64,000 nt of DNA from Clostridia bacterium (GCA_017504245.1 JAFVRQ010000051.1:23456-87455), one strand, 5' to 3'. Positions 35,365-45,498 are shown, counted from the stretch's first letter. Notes: a model not told the origin generated them from the letters alone. Program-made: numbers and translations.

Positions 35365-36249
35365 ATGAAAAGAAAGCTTGAAATATCAGAACTGATCTTT
35401 AAAATTATCAGTTACGTTTTACTTACTGTTTTTGCTCTTTGCTGTCTTTATCCTTTCGTTTTCGCTATTTCATCGGCTATAAGCGGTCGAAGTGTTGTTG
35501 AGCAGGGCGGAATAATCCTTTTCCCGAAACAGATTCAGTTTGAGGCGTTCAAGGTAATGTTTGAGGACAATATGTTCTGGAACGCTTATGCGAATACCCT
35601 TTTCCTTACCTTCTACGGTACACTTTGGGCAATGGGTGTTGCTATACTTGGCGCTTACGCGCTCTCAAAGAAAAGATTGCTCTTCAGAAAGGGCTTCAAT
35701 TTCTTCCTCGTATTCACGATGTGGTTCTCTGCAGGTATTTTGCCTCAGTACAGAAATTATATCAACACGCGAAACGTTTTCCAATCCGTTGGTATTATGG
35801 ACGACAAATGGCTCGTAGTTATTGCAATGGGTATGGCGGCGATGAATATCATCCTTCTTCGTAACGCGTTTGAGGGTGTTCCCTCTGAAATTGAGGAAGC
35901 GGCTATCGTTGACGGAGCTACCGAAATGCAGGTGCTTACAAACGTTTATTTGCCAATGAGCAAATCCACGATTGCAACAGTTGCTTTGTTCTTCGCAATC
36001 TCCCGATGGAATGGTTACTTCTGGGCAAAGCAGATGATTTCGAAGTATCAGGAGCATCCCTTACAGGTATTCATTCGTTTGAAGCTTGAGGAAATTCAGA
36101 ACCCAGAATTGATTTGGGCAGAGCCCTATGCTGCGGACTCAGCAATTTATGCGCTCGTTATTTGCGCTATCATTCCCATCCTTATTATTTATCCCTTCAT
36201 TCAAAAGTATTTTGCAAAGGGCGTAAATATGGGTGGCGTTAAGGAATAA
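35365..36249 (+). CDS. Carbohydrate ABC transporter permease (LplC-type)
   Basis: EAA loop EEAAIVDGATEMQVLTNVYLPMS. Six TM helices. Confidence 0.85.
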   Translation: MKRKLEISELIFKIISYVLLTVFALCCLYPFVFAISSAISGRSVVEQGGIILFPKQIQFEAFKVMFEDNMFWNAYANTLFLTFYGTLWAMGVAILGAYALSKKRLLFRKGFNFFLVFTMWFSAGILPQYRNYINTRNVFQSVGIMDDKWLVVIAMGMAAMNIILLRNAFEGVPSEIEEAAIVDGATEMQVLTNVYLPMSKSTIATVALFFAISRWNGYFWAKQMISKYQEHPLQVFIRLKLEEIQNPELIWAEPYAADSAIYALVICAIIPILIIYPFIQKYFAKGVNMGGVKE

Positions 36250-36333
36250 TTGCTCCTTAACCTATTTAACTTTGATTATTTTTGTGACTTACACACAAAG
36301 TAATAATAAAAATTTTATACGGAGGAAAACACC

Positions 36334-38490
36334 ATGAAAAAAGTAAGAATTTTATCGTTGGTACTCGCACTCGTAATGATGGCAGCTTGTCTCACAGCTT
36401 GCCCACCAAAGACACCAACAACAACAAAAACTCCCGAAGTAGTTGACCCTAACAAGGCAAACTATGAAGCGGCAGTTGATCTCGCTCAGGAATGGGGCAC
36501 AGAAACATATCTCTATTATAAGCAGATGGCTTATGATAGACTTATGAACTACTTCAAGAATCCCACTAACCAGACAATCGACGGCTATACTCTTTCCTAT
36601 GCTCCCGGCACAGTATTGAGAATGGCAACAGGTTACAACAACAAGGACACAGGCCTTTTCTTCTCTGATAAGGTTGGCGAAGGTGTTAAACTTGCAGATG
36701 GTAAAACTTACCACACAGGCGAGCTTAAGCCCACTTGGGTTGAGGTTGAAAACAAGCTCGGTGTTAAATTTGAAAACAAATATCAAGGTAACAGTGCTAA
36801 TAATGAATTCAAATATTGGCAGGAACAGCTTGACCAGGTTGATATGGTTTCCGGTACTGCAACTCAGCTTTCTGAAGCAGGTGTAGCAGGTAAGCTCGTT
36901 AACCTTGCCCAGTATCTTGACGCAATGCCCAACTTCAAGGCTTATCTTGAAGCTAACCCCATCGTTCTTCTCTCTATTACAGGTAACGTTGAAAACGGCG
37001 CTATATATTACTCACCCTACTTTGACGGTGTTGATGATATCGAACGTATGCCTCTTATGAGAACTGACTGGGTTGAAAAGCTCCTCAACGGTGAGGGCGC
37101 ATTCACAGCTTCTGCTTCTCTTAACCTCAAGGCAGCTGCTTACACACCTTATATGCCCACAAGCGGTAAAGTAACAGTTGATGCAGCTAACAAGGCAGGT
37201 ACGGCAGTTATCCAGCTCACAAAGGACTATGATGCAGCAGGCAATATCGTTAAAACTATGAACGATGCACTTGCAGCAGGCACAGTAACGGGTGTTCAGG
37301 CAGTTAATATGCTTCGTGACTATATCGATAAAGCATACGGCGGTTACTATGGCACAAACAGAGCTGACCTCTTCATCGGTCAGGATGCTGCTTGGGACGC
37401 AGACGAGCTTGTTGCTCTTCTTCGTTGCGTAGTTGCTAACCCCCAGACACTCAATGGTACAGAAATCGTTCACGGTCTCTTCTCTCGTGAAGACCACAAC
37501 AACCAAAGACGTATTGATATGTTCCGTTTTGCAGGAACACTCTTCGGTGTAAGAGGTCTTGAATCCCGTCAGGATTACCTTTACGTTGGTACGGACGGTC
37601 TCCTTCACGATGCTCGTCAGGAAGAGGACACATACGTTGCTCTTGCAAGAATGAATGCAATGGTTCAGGAAGGTCTTATCTCCTCTACATTTGCAGCTCA
37701 GGAAAAGAACGACACAGCTACAATGCTTGAATACGACCAGGGCTTTATGCACTACGACTACAACCAGACTCAGACTGTTTATAATGAAACAAAGCTTCAG
37801 GAAGGCGAAGCTTATATGGCAGTTATGGTTCCCGTTGCTCGTTGGTATGACGGTTCTAACGAAAATGGCGTTTATATGAGATTTACAGAATCATGGAGAT
37901 CCGTTAAGACAGACGGTTGGGCTATCTCTCTTGCAGGCGTTGGCAACGACAAGAATAAGCTCGATGCAGCTCTTAAGCTTATCGACTTTGCATACAGCCC
38001 CGAAGGTCAGATCCTTATGTCTTACGGTCCCGATGCATTCATTAAGATGGAAAACGGCGAATACGTAACATTTAACTTCAACGGTAAGGAAATGCCCGTT
38101 ATTGCTGATGCTACATTTGCAGAACTTTGGTCTTTGGCAGCAGGTAACTATACTAACTATGCTCGTATTTATCTTGGTTCTACTCTTTCCTTCGTAAAGA
38201 GCCAAGCGTTCGAATATCAGTGCACAGCTATTGCCGGTAAGGTAGGCGCAGGTAAGATTTCTACAGCTATCGGTCTTGGACTTATTAAGCATCCATTGCT
38301 TGCAGTTGTTGAAGATAATCCTTGGTACAGCATCGTGCCCACTTCTCTTCCCACAACATCTGAAGAAAATGACGAAATCGCTAAGCTCACCAACTTGTCG
38401 TCCAACGGTAAGTATTCTCAATCCAAGGACCAATACAGTCTCCTTGTTGACATCATCGCAAACGGTTTTGAAGTTCTTGATGAACAGTAA
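36334..38490 (+). CDS. Extracellular solute-binding lipoprotein (large LplA-type, 718 aa)
   Basis: Lipobox LTAC. Positioned after two CUT1-like permeases. Considerably longer than usual family members. Confidence 0.8.
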   Translation: MKKVRILSLVLALVMMAACLTACPPKTPTTTKTPEVVDPNKANYEAAVDLAQEWGTETYLYYKQMAYDRLMNYFKNPTNQTIDGYTLSYAPGTVLRMATGYNNKDTGLFFSDKVGEGVKLADGKTYHTGELKPTWVEVENKLGVKFENKYQGNSANNEFKYWQEQLDQVDMVSGTATQLSEAGVAGKLVNLAQYLDAMPNFKAYLEANPIVLLSITGNVENGAIYYSPYFDGVDDIERMPLMRTDWVEKLLNGEGAFTASASLNLKAAAYTPYMPTSGKVTVDAANKAGTAVIQLTKDYDAAGNIVKTMNDALAAGTVTGVQAVNMLRDYIDKAYGGYYGTNRADLFIGQDAAWDADELVALLRCVVANPQTLNGTEIVHGLFSREDHNNQRRIDMFRFAGTLFGVRGLESRQDYLYVGTDGLLHDARQEEDTYVALARMNAMVQEGLISSTFAAQEKNDTATMLEYDQGFMHYDYNQTQTVYNETKLQEGEAYMAVMVPVARWYDGSNENGVYMRFTESWRSVKTDGWAISLAGVGNDKNKLDAALKLIDFAYSPEGQILMSYGPDAFIKMENGEYVTFNFNGKEMPVIADATFAELWSLAAGNYTNYARIYLGSTLSFVKSQAFEYQCTAIAGKVGAGKISTAIGLGLIKHPLLAVVEDNPWYSIVPTSLPTTSEENDEIAKLTNLSSNGKYSQSKDQYSLLVDIIANGFEVLDEQ

Positions 38491-38527
38491 TTATTAACTG
38501 TCAGTTAATTAAATAAAGGCGGGGGGC

Positions 38528-38549
38528 TTTCCCCCCGCCACAAAAAACA
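38528..38549 (+). other. GC-only 9-bp stem-loop after the SBP gene (no U-tract)
   Basis: GGCGGGGGG-CTTT-CCCCCCGCC. Followed by ACAAAAAAC, so it is not a canonical intrinsic terminator on the + strand. Confidence 0.35.
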
Positions 38550-38623
38550 CTCAACACTATTTATTTTTTCTTGCTTATAAAAAATATATGCCGTCGTTTT
38601 TTGACGGCGGATTGGAAATTACT

Positions 38624-39217
38624 ATGTATAAATTACAAATGAAATTGCAGAAATTGATTACACTTTTCTGCCTCGCGGCTGCCGCGCTTACCTTTATATA
38701 TTCTCTTGGTGTTTCCACCGACGCATATTTTCTCCGCTCGGTAAAAAGTCTTGGTAAGGAAGTGCCCGGTTCTGAAATGTACGTTGAAATGCAGCCATTT
38801 AATAAGCTTTTCACAACACTCAGCATCGTTCTTATTCTTTTAGCTGTTTCTTGCTTGGTTTTCAACAATCACAAAAACAGAAAATATTACTTTGCAAACT
38901 ATTGTACCACTATATTAAGCTCCGTTGCAAGCATCGGTGTTGCAATTTGGGCTTTTATAAACGTATTTCATTATAAAGCTAAATTCCTTGCAGTTGATTA
39001 TTCAAACCTTACTTCAGTTCCAGATAAGGTGTTGCAAAACGCGGGCATTGACCCCGAAAACGTTATGGGTCCTTATTCTACCTTCTGGTTTGATATTTCA
39101 ATTTTGGTTCTTTCTATTCTCATAATCGCTTCGTTATTGAATATAGCCAATATGATTTTCAAAATGATGCTTATGAAGGAAGAAAAAAGAGTTTTGAAGA
39201 ACGGAGGAATGCTATAA
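38624..39217 (+). CDS. Small polytopic membrane protein, unknown function (P1)
   Basis: About four hydrophobic helices. Alternative start at 38588. Its stop overlaps the next start (ATAATG). Confidence 0.45.
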   Translation: MYKLQMKLQKLITLFCLAAAALTFIYSLGVSTDAYFLRSVKSLGKEVPGSEMYVEMQPFNKLFTTLSIVLILLAVSCLVFNNHKNRKYYFANYCTTILSSVASIGVAIWAFINVFHYKAKFLAVDYSNLTSVPDKVLQNAGIDPENVMGPYSTFWFDISILVLSILIIASLLNIANMIFKMMLMKEEKRVLKNGGML

Positions 39218-39699
39218 TGAATAAAATTACCGATATTAAAAGCGATAGAATGAGATATACGAAGAATTCGACCTCTGCTACTCTATCCTATATCGCTATT
39301 CTCTTTAACGCATTATATTTCTTAAGTATTTATCACTCTGACGTTGGTACGTTCTATTACAAAATGCAGATTGGATTTTCGGTTATCTATAACCTCCTCT
39401 TTATGCTCTTCGTGTTCCTTTCCTCCGAAGGCGTGAAAAAATACAGTATGAAATATTCGGTTGTTTTGATTGTAATTGGCGCTATGCAGATAGTTAGAAT
39501 TTTCGGAATTCCCCTTGACGCTCTCAATTCAACCGCTATCATTAAGCGAGTTGAGGTTCCCGTTATGGAAACGAGACAATTTATTATGTGCGTGATTTAC
39601 CTCATTACCTCCGCATCCCTTACTATTGCGGGCGGTGTTATTGGCGTTATCAAAACTAAAAAACTCAGAGAGTACGAGAAAACCTTGATCTCTCAATAA
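39217..39699 (+). CDS. Small polytopic membrane protein, unknown function (P2)
   Basis: GGAGGA RBS inside the end of P1. About four hydrophobic helices. No known motif. Confidence 0.5.
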   Translation: MNKITDIKSDRMRYTKNSTSATLSYIAILFNALYFLSIYHSDVGTFYYKMQIGFSVIYNLLFMLFVFLSSEGVKKYSMKYSVVLIVIGAMQIVRIFGIPLDALNSTAIIKRVEVPVMETRQFIMCVIYLITSASLTIAGGVIGVIKTKKLREYEKTLISQ

Positions 39700-39724
39700 T
39701 TTCAAGAAAGGTCTTGAGTATTTT

Positions 39725-40789
39725 ATGGCTTCTTTAACATTAAATAATATTAACAAGATATACGACAACAAAGTTCAAGCTGTTTTTGATTTTAATATTG
39801 ATATTGATGACGGCGAGTTTATCGTGCTTGTCGGTCCTTCCGGCTGCGGAAAGTCAACTACCCTTCGTATGATTGCGGGACTTGAGGATATTACCTCGGG
39901 TCAGCTACTTATCGACGGTAAGGACGTTACTCAGATGCCTGCCAAGGATAGGGATATTGCTATGGTTTTCCAAAACTATGCTCTTTACGGACATATGACA
40001 GTTTACGAAAATATGGCTTTCTCACTCACTCTCCGCAAGGAAGATCCAAACGTTATTCACGAGAAGGTTCTTGCGGCGGCTGAAATACTCGGTCTTACCG
40101 ACCAGCTTAACAAAAAACCAAGACAGCTCTCGGGCGGTCAGCGTCAACGTGTTGCTATGGGACGTGCCATCGTTCGTACTCCCAAGGTGTTCCTATTTGA
40201 CGAGCCGCTTTCTAACCTTGATGCAAAGCTCAGAGGTGCGACAAGACGAGAAATTTTGCTTTTGCATAAGCGTCTTGGCACTACGATGATATACGTTACT
40301 CACGACCAAACCGAAGCTCTTACGCTCGCAGACAGAATTGTTTGTATGTCTATGGGCTACGTTCAGCAAATTGGTACTCCGCTTGAGCTTTATGACACCC
40401 CCGCCAATACTTTCGTTGCGAGCTTTATCGGTCTTCCACCTATGAATTTCTTTGACGGCAAAATTGAAAACGGATGCTTCGTTTGTCCTTCCTTCACTGC
40501 TCCGCTCAGTGCTGCTCAAAAGGAGCTGCTTGCTTCATATGAGGGCAAAGAAATCATTCTTGGCGCACGACCCGAAAATATCGTTCAGGATGATAGCGGC
40601 TACATTGATCTTAAGGTTACTCTTAATGAGAATCTTGGTCAAACCACCCTTGTTCACGGCACTGTCGCCGGTCATAAGGTTACTGCCAAATTCCGTGAGT
40701 GGTGCAATTACAAGCCCGAGGATCATGTGTTGACATCCATCAACAATATGCATTTCTTTGATAAAGAAACGACTAATGCCATCAGATAA
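39725..40789 (+). CDS. MalK/MsmK/UgpC-type sugar ABC transporter ATP-binding protein (copy 1)
   Basis: Walker A GPSGCGKST, LSGGQRQRVAMGRA, Walker B LFDEPLSNLD, and a C-terminal TOBE-like regulatory domain. Confidence 0.9.
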   Translation: MASLTLNNINKIYDNKVQAVFDFNIDIDDGEFIVLVGPSGCGKSTTLRMIAGLEDITSGQLLIDGKDVTQMPAKDRDIAMVFQNYALYGHMTVYENMAFSLTLRKEDPNVIHEKVLAAAEILGLTDQLNKKPRQLSGGQRQRVAMGRAIVRTPKVFLFDEPLSNLDAKLRGATRREILLLHKRLGTTMIYVTHDQTEALTLADRIVCMSMGYVQQIGTPLELYDTPANTFVASFIGLPPMNFFDGKIENGCFVCPSFTAPLSAAQKELLASYEGKEIILGARPENIVQDDSGYIDLKVTLNENLGQTTLVHGTVAGHKVTAKFREWCNYKPEDHVLTSINNMHFFDKETTNAIR

Positions 40790-40800
40790 GGAATTTTATT

Positions 40801-41328
40801 ATGAAAATTAAAGAAATTTACCGTAAATTTATCGTATCGCTAAAGCGCAATCCTCAGTCTATTCCACTCGTGGCTTTGGCACTTTCGTTTGTGTATTATT
40901 CTTTTAATCTTACAAACATTTCTCAAACAACCGCTTTGATAAATGCAAAGCATATGGGGCTTTCTTGCTTTATTACTATGCTTTTCTCGATTTTATCGTT
41001 TGTTTGCTTGCTCAATGCGTTTCCAAAGCGTAAAAAGCCAAATATATTTATGATCATTCTCTTTGCCGTTATGACAATAATTATCGTTTATTGCGATAGC
41101 TATTATTTCGGCTTGATAGAAAAATCTACTATTTTGATTAACGATATGAGATTGTTCGTGCCTAAAGCCAAAATGGTTGTTGGAACACATGTTTTGCTTA
41201 TGTCTATCACGCTCTCTCTTACCTATTTAGAGCCCGTTATTGCTAAGCTTTTGAAAAAAATCAACACCTCTATTGAGGTCGAGGATAACGGAACAATTGA
41301 TGCTATTGATATTACCGACGAAGAATAA
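40801..41328 (+). CDS. Small polytopic membrane protein, unknown function (P3)
   Basis: About four hydrophobic helices and an acidic C-terminal tail. AAGGA RBS. Confidence 0.5.
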   Translation: MKIKEIYRKFIVSLKRNPQSIPLVALALSFVYYSFNLTNISQTTALINAKHMGLSCFITMLFSILSFVCLLNAFPKRKKPNIFMIILFAVMTIIIVYCDSYYFGLIEKSTILINDMRLFVPKAKMVVGTHVLLMSITLSLTYLEPVIAKLLKKINTSIEVEDNGTIDAIDITDEE

Positions 41329-41334
41329 TTTATA

Positions 41335-41925
41335 ATGGCAAATAAAAAGCACAACAACTATTCCACCCATTCCGACGCGGTTGACCGCCTTGTAAACGCC
41401 GATAAAAAGGACTATGGCAAGGAGGGAAAGCTCAATGACCCGGGAAAAAAATACAGAAGTGGTTTTTTCGACAGAATTCCAGCACCCGTTAAAGCTTTAT
41501 TTATAAAATTTTGGTTTTACGGTGCAGTTTGCTTCTTTATATTCTGGGGATTAAGCATTGTTGATTCCTTGGATGCTTTGGTTATTATGTCCGTTGTTAT
41601 TGGCTTTGTTAACGACATTCTCGTTAACAATATTCTTAGATTTATTGAAATCATCCCGGGTGAAAACGCAAAATGGATGATGTTTACAAAGAAAAAATAC
41701 TGGACTCTTCCCGCCAACGTTCTTTACGCATTCGTTGTTTTCTATTGCGTTAGAACACTATACGTGATAATCAACCTTTTGGGTGCGCCTATCGGTTTTT
41801 ATATCGGCGTGGAGCCCATCCTGTTTGGTGTTTTCTTTACGTTAATCGATATTTTATTCATCAGAATGAAAATGCTTATGAATACCATCATTAAAGATGC
41901 TCAAGATAAGGTAAACAAACAATAA
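41335..41925 (+). CDS. Small polytopic membrane protein, unknown function (P4)
   Basis: Hydrophilic ~50-aa N-terminus followed by about four hydrophobic helices. Lies 6 nt after P3 and 1 nt before GH28. Confidence 0.5.
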   Translation: MANKKHNNYSTHSDAVDRLVNADKKDYGKEGKLNDPGKKYRSGFFDRIPAPVKALFIKFWFYGAVCFFIFWGLSIVDSLDALVIMSVVIGFVNDILVNNILRFIEIIPGENAKWMMFTKKKYWTLPANVLYAFVVFYCVRTLYVIINLLGAPIGFYIGVEPILFGVFFTLIDILFIRMKMLMNTIIKDAQDKVNKQ

Positions 41926-41926
41926 T

Positions 41927-43468
41927 ATGCTTAAAACTTTATTCGTTTCATCAAGCTCTGCGTGCTTTGAGTGGGAGAATGAGCTTCCCTATTACGCAGA
42001 GCGTCAATACACGGTGTATCTCAACGGAGAACAAGTCTTGACCGCTGACACAAACGTATTCTCTTTGTTTGGACTTGCTCCCGATACAGAATACCGTCTT
42101 ACAACCTCTATAAATAATGAGGATACGGTAACTTTTAAAACAAAAAAGGATACCTGCGTTATCAACGTTTTGGATTTCGGCGCCAATGCTGACGGATTAA
42201 ATGATGATACTCTCGCTATTCAAACGGCTATTAACTGTTTGCCGCGCGGCGCAAAGCTTATCTTTCCCTCGGGTCAGTATTTGACTTCTCCTATCTGCCT
42301 TAAAAGTCATATAACAATTGAATTGGCTGAGGGCGCAAGCATTCTCGGTCATACAGACACGGCGCGCTATCCTGTTATACCCGGTCATCTTTACGATATG
42401 GTTTCGGGAGATTTGGTTGAGTTCGGCTCTTGGGAGGGCAATTCCGTTCCTATGCACCAATCGTTGATTTTTGCCGAATATGCCGAGGATATTACCATTA
42501 TTGGTCCCGGTACGGTTGACGGAAATGCTCAGAATTCTATTTGGTGGCAAAATCCCAAGGCACCGATTGCTCGTCCGCGTCTTCTCTTCTTTAACAGATG
42601 TAAGAATGTTCGCGTTCACGGTATCGTTGCGCAGAATTCTGCCTCCTGGCAGCTTCATCCCTATTATTCGCAAAATATTGATTTCCTTGATATTTCCATT
42701 TTCGCTCCTAAGAATAGTCCCAACACGGATGCTATCGATCCTGAGGCGTGCGACCTCGTTAAAATTATCGGCTGTAAGTTCTCAGTTGGTGACGATTGCA
42801 TAGCAATTAAATCCTCGAAAATCGATATGGCAAGTATTTATAAAACCCCCGCAAACCGCCACACTATCCGCAACTGCTTGATGCAATTCGGTCACGGCGC
42901 GGTTACTCTCGGTAGTGAGATGAGCGGCGGTGTTACTAATCTTACCGTTAACCGTTGCGTATTCAGAAAGACAGACCGCGGCTTGAGGATCAAAACCCGT
43001 CGCGGACGCGGTAAATACGCTATAATTGACGGTGTATTATTTGAAAACATAAAAATGGAAGGCGTTATTACCCCTATTGCTATCAATATGTGGTATAACT
43101 GCTGTGATCCCGACAGATTTTCTGAGTACGTTTGGTCTCGTGAGAGGCTCCCCGTTGACGATAGGACCCCATATCTTGGCGATTTTACATTCAAAAATAT
43201 GGTTTGTACCGATTGTGAGGCGGCAGCTTGCTACTGTGACGGACTCCCCGAACGCCCCATAAAATCAATTACCCTTGATAACATTCACTTCACCTTTTCA
43301 AACGATGCAAAGCCCTTCGTTCCGATTATGCAGAACTTTGCAGAGCCTGTTTGCAAAATGGGAATGTATATTGACAACGTTGAAACCCTTACGGTCACCA
43401 ATATTACAATTGAAGGGCACGAGGGCGATGATTTAATCGCTAAAAACGTTGGAAAAATTATAAAATAA
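41927..43468 (+). CDS. Glycoside hydrolase family 28 (exo-polygalacturonase-like), no signal peptide
   Basis: NTDAIDP, GDDCIAIKS, FGHGAVTLGSE and RGLRIKTRRGRG are the four GH28 signature blocks. Has an N-terminal FN3-like extension. Confidence 0.85.
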   Translation: MLKTLFVSSSSACFEWENELPYYAERQYTVYLNGEQVLTADTNVFSLFGLAPDTEYRLTTSINNEDTVTFKTKKDTCVINVLDFGANADGLNDDTLAIQTAINCLPRGAKLIFPSGQYLTSPICLKSHITIELAEGASILGHTDTARYPVIPGHLYDMVSGDLVEFGSWEGNSVPMHQSLIFAEYAEDITIIGPGTVDGNAQNSIWWQNPKAPIARPRLLFFNRCKNVRVHGIVAQNSASWQLHPYYSQNIDFLDISIFAPKNSPNTDAIDPEACDLVKIIGCKFSVGDDCIAIKSSKIDMASIYKTPANRHTIRNCLMQFGHGAVTLGSEMSGGVTNLTVNRCVFRKTDRGLRIKTRRGRGKYAIIDGVLFENIKMEGVITPIAINMWYNCCDPDRFSEYVWSRERLPVDDRTPYLGDFTFKNMVCTDCEAAACYCDGLPERPIKSITLDNIHFTFSNDAKPFVPIMQNFAEPVCKMGMYIDNVETLTVTNITIEGHEGDDLIAKNVGKIIK

Positions 43469-43486
43469 CCTTGAAAGGATGCTCAT

Positions 43487-44614
43487 ATGTACGCAAAAAT
43501 TGATGCTTATATCGAAAAATTGCTTAATTGCTCTACACCCGACGCGCCAATTTGGAATATTGAAAGCATCCGGCAAGGCAAAAAACCGCATTGGAACTAC
43601 ATTGACGGTTGTATGATTACTTCCCTTCTTGAAATAGGAAGAATAAGCGGAAATCCAAAATATTTTGATTTTGCTGAGAGGTTTATAGATTACTACGTTT
43701 TTGATGACGGTACAATTCGCGGCTACGATATTGAAAAATATAATCTTGATGATCTTAATGAAGGCAGGGTGCTTTTTGAGCTTTATGAGAAGACGGGAAA
43801 GGAAAAATACCGTCTTGCTATAGAGCATCAGGCACTTCAGCTTAAATGTCAGCCGAGAACCTCGACGAATAATTTTTGGCACAAGCTGATTTATCCCAAT
43901 CAGATTTGGCTTGACGGTCTTTATATGGCGCAGGTATTCAGCACGAAATATCAAAAATATAAGGGCGATAAGGATTATTCTGATATTTTGATGCAAATAA
44001 AGAACGTTAGAAAATATATGTTTGACGAGCAAATCGGGCTTTATTATCACGGACTTGATTGCTCAAAATCAATCTTTTGGGCGGACAAGGCAACGGGGCT
44101 TTCAAAGAATTTCTGGCTCCGCGCTATAGGTTGGTACACCGTTGCTATGATTGATATTATTGAAATCTGCGACGATGAAACTGTGCGCTCAGAAATTTCG
44201 GCAATTTTCTCGGAGCTTATGCATTCCGTGATTCAATATCGCGATGATGAAAGCAAAATGTATTATCAGGTTGTTAATCTTTCGGAGCGCGAGGGCAACT
44301 ACCTTGAAACGAGCGGCTCGTCAATGCTTGCTTACGCAATGCTTAAGGGTGCAAGACTTAACGTTCTTCCCTCTGAATTTGCTATTTACGGCAAGGAAAC
44401 CTTTGACGGAATTTGTAGGAAATATTTGAAGATTTCAAAAGATGGTGATTTGAACCTTTCCGGCATTTGCTTGGTCGCAGGTCTTGGCCCTGAAAATAAT
44501 ACAAGACGTGACGGAAGCTTTGAATATTATATATCCGAGCCCGTTGTTGAGAATGACGCAAAGGGTGTTGCTCCCTTCATTCTCTGCTATACTGAAATTT
44601 TAAGGAACATATAA
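43487..44614 (+). CDS. Unsaturated rhamnogalacturonyl/glucuronyl hydrolase (GH105/GH88, YteR-like)
   Basis: WNYIDGCMITSLLE, NFWHKLIYPNQIWLDGLYMAQVF and FWLRAIGWY blocks are typical of GH105. Confidence 0.8.
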   Translation: MYAKIDAYIEKLLNCSTPDAPIWNIESIRQGKKPHWNYIDGCMITSLLEIGRISGNPKYFDFAERFIDYYVFDDGTIRGYDIEKYNLDDLNEGRVLFELYEKTGKEKYRLAIEHQALQLKCQPRTSTNNFWHKLIYPNQIWLDGLYMAQVFSTKYQKYKGDKDYSDILMQIKNVRKYMFDEQIGLYYHGLDCSKSIFWADKATGLSKNFWLRAIGWYTVAMIDIIEICDDETVRSEISAIFSELMHSVIQYRDDESKMYYQVVNLSEREGNYLETSGSSMLAYAMLKGARLNVLPSEFAIYGKETFDGICRKYLKISKDGDLNLSGICLVAGLGPENNTRRDGSFEYYISEPVVENDAKGVAPFILCYTEILRNI

Positions 44615-44626
44615 TTAGGTAAAAGT

Positions 44627-45490
44627 ATGAAATTAATGGTTCGCGCCCACGATCTCGGTGTAAAAGGCGCAGATAATATAAACAACCGCTTACTTGAGCT
44701 CGGGCTTGACGGAGTTCAATTCGTGGCATACAAGTCTATCGAAGGTGTTTCGTATGCTCCAAATCAAATGACACGTGAGATGGCAGCTGATATTTCAAAC
44801 AAAATCAAAGCGAACGGCAAGGATATTGCGCTGATTGGCGCGTATTTCAATCCCGTTCATCCCAATACTGCAAAGATTGACAACGGAATTGCGGTTTTTC
44901 GAGATTATATTTCGTTGGCAAGGACGATTGGTTGCGATTACGTTGGAAGTGAGACGGGTTCTTATAACGGCGACCCTTGGATTTATCATCCGATGAATCA
45001 CTCCGATGAGGCGCTTTACAGAGTTGTTGATACCTTCTCTTCTCTTGCTGACTTTGCCGCAGAAAATGGAGTCAATATCGCAATTGAAGGCGCATTCGGT
45101 CACGTTTGTCACACCCCCGAACGCTTAAAGCTCGCGTTTGATAGAATGGGTAAGGATAACGTCAAGTTTATATTTGACTTATATAATTATCTTGATATTT
45201 CAAACGTTGACTCAGCTTACGATATTTTAGAGCGCGGCTTAAATTTGCTAGGTGACAGAATTCTTTTATTCCACATTAAAGATTTTGTTATTGAGAATAA
45301 CAAGTTAAAGCAATGCGGAGTTGGCAGGGGTATTCTTGATTACGATAGAATTCTTAGTGCAATTTTTGGCCACAACCCCAACGCAATCTTGGTATTGGAA
45401 GGAACTGTTTTAGATGATCTTCCCTTTGCAATTTCCTATTTAAAGGATAAAATAAACAAATTTGAAACTGACCGCAGGGTCGTTAAATAA
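44627..45490 (+). CDS. Sugar phosphate isomerase/epimerase (xylose isomerase-like TIM barrel)
   Basis: AP_endonuc_2-type pattern: IAIEGAFGHVCHTPERL and LFHIKD. 287 aa. Confidence 0.75.
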   Translation: MKLMVRAHDLGVKGADNINNRLLELGLDGVQFVAYKSIEGVSYAPNQMTREMAADISNKIKANGKDIALIGAYFNPVHPNTAKIDNGIAVFRDYISLARTIGCDYVGSETGSYNGDPWIYHPMNHSDEALYRVVDTFSSLADFAAENGVNIAIEGAFGHVCHTPERLKLAFDRMGKDNVKFIFDLYNYLDISNVDSAYDILERGLNLLGDRILLFHIKDFVIENNKLKQCGVGRGILDYDRILSAIFGHNPNAILVLEGTVLDDLPFAISYLKDKINKFETDRRVVK

Positions 45491-45498
45491 GGAGTCTT

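Noticed and set aside
37012-37752. 246-aa Cys-rich minus-strand ORF
   Set aside because: Antisense to the SBP gene. The Cys richness comes from reverse-complemented GCA/ACA codons, not a real zinc-binding protein.
43433-44050. 205-aa minus-strand ORF
   Set aside because: Antisense to the GH105 gene and the GH28 3' end. Low-complexity Ile/Lys/Phe-rich shadow frame.
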